DNA of 63,796 bases, counting the filler, from Kipferlia bialata (Eukaryota): NCBI GenBank assembly GCA_003568945.1. It is 4 parts of 4 records of this genome, joined end to end, with 100 filler letters (N's around TTAATTAATTAA, not from the genome) between each part and the next. Parts side by side here need not be neighbours in the genome. Positions count along the whole stretch, not along the records: positions 34,337 to 60,870 come from BDIP01000184.1; positions 60,971 to 63,796 come from BDIP01000320.1; 2 more parts are not named here. One strand, 5' to 3'. The notes under the pieces are model-generated. The model searched no databases, was not told where the DNA came from, and saw nothing but the letters and a program-made list of their open reading frames with translations. The translations under genes were made by a program, and so were the position numbers. Below, one piece after another: positions 55,801-63,796 of the stretch. Every line of letters begins with the position of its first letter. Within the stretch, counting starts at the first letter, position 1.

Positions 55801-57005
55801 GTGGGCAGGTATATTCATTCATATATACATTCATAGTATAATATATATCCATTTTGATATATTACTATGAATAGGATATATATGATAACTTTCTGATCGA
55901 CCAGACAAGTGGACAGGTAATATGAACACCTGATGTATACCCAAACTCCCTCAAAATTTCAAATATTACTCGTTCCATATATTTCTCCACGATACTCACC
56001 CTAGGTTGTGCACATTGACCTAGAGTATGTGTTCAATGACTCTAACTCCCTCACAATATCATATAATTACGCGGTCCTCCTATTTTTACACGATACTGAC
56101 CTCAGGTTGTCCACATTGACCTTGAGTATGTGTTCAATGACTCTGACTCCTTGACCATCCCTGAGAAGTGCCCGGTCAGACTGACCCAGAACGTGGTGGA
56201 TGGGTTAGGGCCGGCAGGTACGGGTATAGAGTGGCAGACTCTCTGGGTGGACTTTAATGTATTACTTTGAGCAACTGAATACGTATCATGATAGGTTTCT
56301 TTCGTGTTTGTTGTAATGTGCCTCTACTCATTACAGGACTCAATGGTCTGTTTAGATCGACTGCCAACAGTGCACTGGCAACACTAAGGTACGATAGTTA
56401 CTGTTTGGATTCTATGTACTAAGGGCCTGTGGGTCTCTATACATACACTTTTATGTATATGTGTGTATATACTATTATATACTATTATTCTAATGTATAT
56501 ATGGGATATGACTCATTGTGTTCTTACCCCCAGGGAGCAGCGTGACATGTTCCTTGTTCCTGTCTCTGTGGTGGCAGAGTCACCTTCATTCAGGTACAGG
56601 ATACTCTATATTAGTATATGATTACATATAGGTATCGGTATAATCCGATAGCTATTTGTAGATTGATGGAAAGAATAGTATGGGATATAGATGTAATATG
56701 TATATAATATATTCGTGTGCATACACTAACCCCAGATGGGGTGAGAAGGCTGACACCTCTACCCTCGGAGCTAGGGCAGTCCAGGGAGTAGCCCACAAGC
56801 TAGGTACCTTTAACGCGTAGATTGTCACTCTATCGATTAGAACCACAAGTATGTGTATGCCATCGTGTAGAATCCTAACCCTCCAGCTGGTATTGTGGAT
56901 GGTAGGCACCGCTCTGTGGATGAGCAGATGCAGCACGTGGTGCAGGAGAGTACTGACCTGGACAACCTGGGCAGCATGTACAGTGGCTGGAGGGCGTGGC
57001 TGTAG
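34821..57005 (+). CDS. ATM: ATM/Tel1-like PIKK serine/threonine kinase (helical N-terminus, FAT, PI3K-like kinase, FATC), dozens of exons, 5'-partial
   Basis: VLRMAVDHPFHVVPHLIAI; GGVNGSKK; CLKMGKDDMLQTNLVM; VRTYKVHPFSQSS..GVL; VVHIDLEYVF...IPEKCPVRLTQNVVDGLGPAGLNGLFR; FATC SVDEQMQHVVQESTDLDNLGSMYSGWRAWL* (TAG 57003-57005). These motifs are closer to ATM than ATR. That the exons at 34.8-50 kb belong to the same gene is inferred from strand, splice phase and expected size. Confidence 0.8.
35191..35731 (+). repeat. Cluster of partial exon duplications around the exon at 35293-35388
   Basis: The exon 5' part is copied at 35191. The 3' part (gtggtgtcatgtcccaccagactcagccagaagaagagg) recurs near 35440, 35540 and 35690. 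Confidence 0.9.
53320..53695 (+). repeat. Four tandem copies of an acceptor plus exon start (cagccaccccctcca...)
   Basis: Copies near 53325, 53416, 53530 and 53652. Only the last continues as an open exon. Confidence 0.9.
55626..55725. other. Assembly gap (100 N) inside the kinase domain
   Basis: Run of N. The expected catalytic-loop exon(s) are absent from the sequenced flanks. Confidence 0.97.
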
Positions 57006-57514
57006 AATAATTATATTCAATGACCTGTTAGGGGGGGTATTTCGCAAGTTGAATAGATAGATCCTAGGCAGCATGTACAGTGGCTGGAGGGCGTGGCTCT
57101 AGATTATAGTTATAGTATCGTGCCAACACTTGCATTTAGGGAGTGATTGCTATGTTGAATAGATGGCTATACTAAACAGTTTACAAGGTAAAGTGATAGA
57201 CCATAGTGTGGATGAAACAATAGCACTCTATTGGAGTACCCTTACAATGAAAGTTTCATTGAAACATCTGTCTAGGCTCAAGAGTCTTGATTCAGTATTG
57301 GTTTAGTATCGATTTAGTATAGATTACTACCTCTGATCATCAGCGTTGACCTGAGAGGGTTCGGTATGTCATAAGTACTCTACATTGAGTCAAAAGCAGC
57401 TAATTCGAACCCTACGAGCACAAGTGATGCCGCCACAATATGTAAGGCAGAACATATCCCAGTCAACATCATCTATTTGACAGTGTAATAGGTAAGTACT
57501 ATGATATATCCCCT

Positions 57515-60078
57515 CTAAACTAGCTTGTGCCACACTATCAGCACCACCATGCACCCAAGTGTCAGTATGCGGTGGATCCATATCAAGAAGGAGTGGTATC
57601 TCTTGGGGGTGAGGCCTGGCAGTGAGGATAGAGTAGTAGGTTCGGAACTCTTTCTAGCTAGTCACTTCAGTGACATTCCTGGTGTCTGTCCTAACCCTCC
57701 CCCCCTAGTGCCAATATCACATGGAGAATAGTATGTAAAATTAGTATTTCAATATATATTGTACAGAGGTATACTACAGATACCTAATAGTGGCTTCTTC
57801 CCCGCCTTCCTCCTAGTGCTGTTGAATCTGGCATAGGGCCTCATGGTCCAGAAGAGACAGCCGCTCAGGCACAGTACTGGAGTCAAACATATATTCGATG
57901 ACATATATATATCTATAGACCAGAACTATGGAACAGACAGCCACTAAGACGGCGTACTTGTGTAAGAGGTCGACTCCCTATATCATTTACGGAAATATTA
58001 TCCGGTCCTATATGTAGTATTGGGTACTATTCTTTGAAGTAAGGAGACTAAGAATCTTAGTCTAAGATGTGTATTGTGTATCATGATTGGGAACTCATAC
58101 AAATAGTGTGGTATGGTCAATAGTAGCTTGGATTGTTTCCACTCACCTCCCATGCTGATGATGCCCCACCACCCAGCGTCCTTGAAGTCCAACTCGAACT
58201 CGACGTGGATGTCGCATCCTAGAAGCCTGATGTCATGTAACAGTAGTAGAGGCTAAGGCATGTAACCACTAGTATATTTGTTATGTGGCATATTTCCTAA
58301 ACTCTAACTCCAATTCAACGTGCAGGTTGCCAACTATATGTTCATTGAACGTGCAAACTACTATCAAACTGATCTCTGTCAACAGTAGGCGGGAGTACAC
58401 ATCATATTCTTGATATGTAATACAAAATGTATACTACATTCAACTATTCTACACTCCAATGCTTAAGGAGATCTGACGTACAGGTGCTTGATGATGTCAT
58501 ATCAGTAATATCATATAACATATTTGTATACTACATGTATATACTCAGCACTGGGATAGATAAGGATGACTGATGTGCGACAATATCATATATATGGACT
58601 ATATCATGTGCAATACACGGATATAGTAGGATGACTGACGTACAGCAGGTGCAGGACACCAAAGAGGAGAGCGAGCAGGGCCACAATCACATGAGCAGCT
58701 GAAGTGAGATTGATGAACATCATATAGTCACTATATACTCTCTCACAAGCAAACAACGATACAATACTGATGCAACAATAAATTGTTAAATTGTAATGAT
58801 AATTGCAACTCAGAGAGTGTGAAGTTACAATGACAATTCTTTGGCTGTAACAGAGCATACTATACTGTCTGCAGTGTCTGGCTGTGTTACTAAAGGTAAC
58901 TAACTATACCTGTCAGGAGTTGTCCAAGTAGTTTGAAGAGTCGGTGGGCAAGTGGCTTCCTTGTGGTGAGACGAGAGGCAATGAGTATTGAATGGCCCTT
59001 GTTCAATTACTACTCTCCGGGCCCAATCTTTAGAAGGATGACTCAGTATTGGAGTAAGGTTGTGCTATGAAGTATTATGTGAACACTCACTTCTTGGTCT
59101 TTGGTAGTGTCCTGTCCCCCATCTGGTCTCTTGTCTCAGACAGTACCTGGGGGTAAGTGAAGACTGGGAGCAAAGTTTCTTCAAGGCATATATATATATG
59201 TATATTGTAATGGTGACCGTTCAATAGTCCATAATGTATACGTCAGTAGAAGGTTGGCACAGTTGATGGTTGGATATTGGGACAAACCTCTGCAGTGCGT
59301 AAGGGAGACGTCTCTTCCACTGGCTTTCTGGCGACAATCTGATGAAATTACTAATGACAAGCAGTAGCCAGGAGTAATCTCAATGGTTATATACTCCACA
59401 CAACACTAAGTTAGTGTCACTAACACATTGAATGATGATAGTACGACAAGACCCGTACCCTTTTCTGAGGCAATACTCGCCAAGTAATATTCGGTGTCGA
59501 CCTACCTTGTTGTATGCCTTCCGTAGCAGAGCGGCAGGCTTGAAGTGGAGGGCCACACCTGTTATTGAGATTACTCAAATTTACTATACCACTAGTGTAA
59601 CATAGGTGCAAGGTAATTGGAGTGGGGGGCCACACCTGGGCGACGGCAAGGAGGAGAGCTTCATAACACACACACTATGTACTCTGTATTTCACCACTGC
59701 TAAAGGCGGTTATACAGTGAATACTGCCATATATATACACACATCACACATGATACAAATAGTATCTAATAGATACTATCTATACCTGTAGCGAGTGCCG
59801 CTATCAACAGTGCCCCACTCAAGGTGCCAAAGGCACCTCCAGGGCCATCGTGGTCGTCATCGTCATCGTCCTAGTGTTACCATTATATATAGCATGTAAG
59901 CGTCCTCACTTCAGTCAATGCTGGCAGACAGGTATCAGTTACATATAGTACAGACAAATCGAGCATATGTGCTAATTATATGATGAAGAGAGGCCACCGT
60001 TCTTCTCTTTCATACCTTTGTCACGATACCTGTCAGCACCAGGGCATACTGAAGGCCCAGAACAAAGTCAGAGAGCAT
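57515..60078 (-). CDS. Small multi-pass membrane protein with His-bearing helices (possibly cytochrome b561 / ferric-reductase-like TM domain)
   Basis: Exon peptides MLSDFVLGLQYALVLT; GAFGTLSGALLIAALAT; AHVIVALLALLFGVLHLL; GWWGIISMG|VLCLSGCLFWTMRP; YHSFLIWIHRILTLGCMVVLIVWHK. The 3' end and the family are uncertain. Confidence 0.45.
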
Positions 60079-60870
60079 AATGGAGCTTAAGGTAAGTCTA
60101 TTGATAGCGTGTGCACTAAACACATCTTAGATTGACGTTTGGGACACTACTGCTCATACAAAACGCAGCATATGGGAGCTGGCTGCGCAAGAGAACACAG
60201 CTTGATCCTGTATCATTCGAAGTGTCCATACATGTAGAGTAAACCTACCTCGGTGTACCACGTCTAGAGAGAGAATTGAGCGAAGGTGATAACGTTGTCT
60301 ACAGTTCAATACCTTCAGAGTGCTTGCCAGTGTTCAGTGTACAGTGTCCACTGTACAGTGTCCACTGTAAAATACACTGTGACGTAACAGTGTCCAATGA
60401 GTATCGAAACCCTCAATTTCCCAGTATGACTCAGAAGTTAAGACTATGTCACAACCATGACATGGTGGATGTGAACACATCAGCTGACGTATGGCTTCCA
60501 CCATAAAGAGGTTGCTCGCCTAACAATACTCTTCTCTTCTCTTAGATTTCCGTTCCTAAAGTGGACCCTTCCAGTACAACTGCAATGGACCATGTCCTTT
60601 AGAGTGGCAACACGCAACGTGGTTCTTGTGTCGACTCGCTACTTGCCATGAAGGGACGACTCCATTACCTCTCCACAACACTATGACTATACCGAAGTAC
60701 CCTCGGTAACACCTGGGAACATTCAATGAAAAGAGGTCTCATGTGTGGTACCCGTACACATGTATGGGCACCACACATGGGACAGGGTATGTATATCAAT
60801 ATTAATAGGTAAATTGGGCTCGCGAGATCAAACGGTCGAAACGCTTCATACTTTCATCCATCCATGACTC

Positions 60871-60970
60871 NNNNNNNNNNNNNNNNNNNNNNNNNNNNNN
60901 NNNNNNNNNNNNNNTTAATTAATTAANNNNNNNNNNNNNNNNNNNNNNNNNNNNNNNNNNNNNNNNNNNN
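60871..60970. other. Artificial contig linker N44-TTAATTAATTAA-N44
   Basis: 12-mer at 60915-60926. Confidence 0.95.
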
Positions 60971-61026
60971 GCCCTTTGATCCCTGTAACCCCCCCCCCCC
61001 CCCCATCTTTGGGTGTCTGACCCCAG

Positions 61027-62040
61027 GGTGGGTATGAGGCCTTTGAAGCAGGTCTCGATCTTGCCACATTCGGGAACTCCCATGCTCTCTGGTGAGTCTC
61101 TGAGTGGTACTAGTAGGCCTAGTAGGCCTAGTATTAATGATGGATTGACAGTGGATTAGCAATGGTTGGATGCTGTTGGAGCCAGACTAAGGAGGGAGAC
61201 TGTACCGAGTTGAATATATTTTTCTCCCACTGGCATATTGTATTCTCTATGATTCTACTGTCCTGCTCTTCTAACTCAGGTACAGAATGCTCTCGGTCCT
61301 CGCGGCATTTCAACTGTACGTGCAATGTGCTTCTCCCCCCTCGAACCCCATTCACATGATCAACATACATGTGTTGTATGCTGTGTGTATACTTGGTCTG
61401 ATACCCATTCGCACACCATCATACACTATTGCAAGGGACCCTAGTAGCAAGCGTCTGATTCTAGGTTGTTGATTGTGGTTTCTCTGAAGCTGATAATGTG
61501 GCGCAATGATAGGCATCGGAATAGGGTGAGGGTGGGCATTGGGCTGTCCCCCACCCGGCTGGACAGTGCATCCAGTGCATCCGGTGTGTCAGGGGATGAG
61601 GCAGAGGAGACAAACGGGCACAATACCGAGAGGAAGCACAGGTATCCCCTAGTATTATTTGATTGTCTACTGTGTATTATTATGTGTTATTCATTACATA
61701 CATACATATTATACATCATTCATTTCATACATACATATTATTATACATATATACATATATATATAAGTATTTGCTGTCTATGCCACTCACCATCTCTGAC
61801 CACAGAACAATCACGAAGCTCGACGTGATTCCATGGGTGTATACGTTGTACTGTGCCTGCTATCTGGCCTTGGTCGTGTTCATATCAGCATTCGAGAGCG
61901 GCAATTGGGCCGAGAAGACCTACTATATCATTGTGGCGCCCACAAATCTGGTGGAAGGACTCTGTTTGGCTGTTATAGTATACCCATTTGCGGCCAGGGC
62001 CTCGCAGTCTACCACTCCGAGATGGGATATGTCGGTGTAG
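61027..62040 (+). CDS. 3' part of a multi-pass membrane protein
   Basis: Exons after ctgaccccag-type acceptors. Hydrophobic helices LLIVVSLKLIMW, VIPWVYTLYCACYLALVVFISAF and YYIIVAPTNLVEGLCLAVIVYPF. TAG at 62038-62040. Confidence 0.6.
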
Positions 62041-63338
62041 TGTCCTGCCGGGTTAGTTATCAATACCACGGCTTGTATGTCTCTCTTCTTACTTTGTAGT
62101 ATGACGCTTTCATTATTTGAGTTTCGATCCGTGATCAGCTGTCAGTTCCTACTGCTAAATTTGTTATTGTTATTGTTGCCGCAGTTTGTGTGTTGCCTAA
62201 ATCAACCTTTCATGGGCCAATACTTAGCAGTATCAGTCAGCATCAATACTTAGCAGTATCAGTTACTGGCTACTCCTATTCATAGCATCATGGGTCATGT
62301 GCAAGAGAGAATGGTATCACAACTAGCGTTGAAACGTTGAAACGTAATACAAGGATACTTGCACTATTAAGTTAATAGTATTAACCGCTACCAATGGAAC
62401 AGAGGCGAGTAGTCGCTCAGACTGCGACAGAAACTAGAGTTGCGACAATTCATTTGTCACAACTACTTGTAACCTAAGCTTGGTGACAGCTTTGTCTCTT
62501 TGTATTATCTTCGTTAGACGTGCTCTTTGGCAGGGACGAGTTCGTGGAGTGTGAGACATAACGCCCAGTGATTATCAAAGCCGCATCTATTGGAGGTAGG
62601 AACCACCATTCGACTCAGAGGGGACTATATTCACCCATACACAAGTAGATATATATTTATAATGGGATGGACGACAGGACGTGGTCGGAGTAATACCGGA
62701 GAAGAATAGTACACCCTCCCGAGGGGTAGCTCCACTGCACTGAAATCTGCAGTGGTTGAGTCGACACTACATGATATCAATAGTTGTCACTATTTGCAGA
62801 GAATGATTCAGTACAGATGATACTATTAGCCTAATAGATTTCTTACTGATCTGGTGGTACCTTAGGGAGAAGAACAAGAATGCCGTTGACTCCATAACCC
62901 GCTTTCTCATACTGTCCATGGGTGAGGACTTCTTTCAATTACTCTTACTAGGCCTAGAACCATTATTATTCCTTCTCCAAAATGTACTCATACAGAGCAC
63001 TCAACCGGCTGACACTTACTGTTAAAAGAAACTCCCTGGCGCACGTAAGGCATTCCAACACAAGTCTACCGATTTCTGGTTCCAACACAAAAGCACTTTC
63101 TCAACCGTCACCAACATCTGGCAGTGTGAGAAGCGTGATGATATCTTGATGATGGTTGGGTTGCGCTTTTAAATGTCACTTTGACCTTAAATATGGCACC
63201 CAACCATCCACCCGCCGACAAAGGTCTGTTTTTGAACGCCCGGAGTGTCTAGAGGTGCGTAAAATTGCGGCTAGCGTGCCTGTGCAAGTCGGGTAAACCC
63301 GTTTTTCAGCCCATTGTGCGGCCCCTCCTGTTTCCGAG

Positions 63339-63697
63339 ATGGCAAGAGGAAATAAAGGCCCTATGAGCTCCATCAGGGACTTTAGGGCCTCTGCTATCCC
63401 CACACCTCAGGTTGGAGGAGGGATGCTGCCCACTTTTCGGCCAGTTGGGCGACAGGAGATCGGTTCGCCAGAGCAGTCAGTCTCTGAGCCCTCAGTCCCC
63501 ATTGAAGAGGTTGCTGCCCTGTCCCCTCGCACCCTGGCTATTGCCAGAGACCCCACAGAGCCAGTTCATAAGTTCAAACCTCGCCCACCTCCCACCTCGA
63601 TGGAATTTGATCATGTGCTACTCGCCCGGCACATGACAATGCAATTTGTACCTGAGAGCGGGTTCTTCAAAGCCCAGAAGCTGCAGCAGCTACCAAG
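63339..63697 (+). CDS. First exon of a hypothetical protein (MARGNKGPMSSIRDF...), 3'-partial
   Basis: ATG-initiated GC-rich ORF with a likely donor AAG|gtatg at 63697/63698. Confidence 0.55.
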
Positions 63698-63796
63698 GTA
63701 TGCAACTCCAGTCACCTCCTGTAACAGTGGATCATGATCAATTTGTTGTTGTGTAGTCCCCCCCCCCCCCCCCCCCCCCCACCCCTCTCCCCTCTT

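Noticed and set aside
62100..63330. Long intergenic stretch searched for tRNA, snRNA or transposon signatures
   Set aside because: Only short local direct repeats were seen (e.g. caatacttagcagtatcagt twice near 62218-62263). No cloverleaf, snRNA signature, terminal repeats or transposase-like ORF was recognisable by eye.
1..63796. Alternative genetic code (TAA/TAG read as Gln, as in hexamitid diplomonads)
   Set aside because: The ATM-like gene ends in TAG exactly at the FATC terminus, PRP6 ends in TAG, and the long exons lack in-frame TAR.

Overview
This is intron-dense eukaryotic DNA in the standard genetic code. Introns are short GT-AG introns full of (TA)n/(CA)n/(GA)n microsatellites, with the branch point sitting right next to the 3' splice site. 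The style suggests a fornicate/metamonad protist such as Kipferlia, which is an inference. Three N44-TTAATTAATTAA-N44 linkers show that four separate contigs or scaffolds were artificially joined, so gene order across them is not real. Most ORF-track entries are single exons or noise. Genes read by hand: a hypothetical protein; a giant spliced gene fusing LRRs, carboxypeptidase-regulatory-like repeats and a prokaryotic-type 'choice-of-anchor O' module (candidate intronised horizontal transfer); PRP6 (5' part missing); a secreted Cys-rich protein; a Kelch-like protein; an ATM/Tel1-like kinase of about 22 kb; two membrane proteins; and gene fragments at contig ends. The most striking signal is more than 25 short 'echo' copies of exon ends or starts inside the adjacent introns. 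Their differences from the real exon are strongly biased toward synonymous, third-position changes, which a neutrally decaying intronic duplicate should not show. Exon boundaries were inferred by eye and are approximate unless stated.
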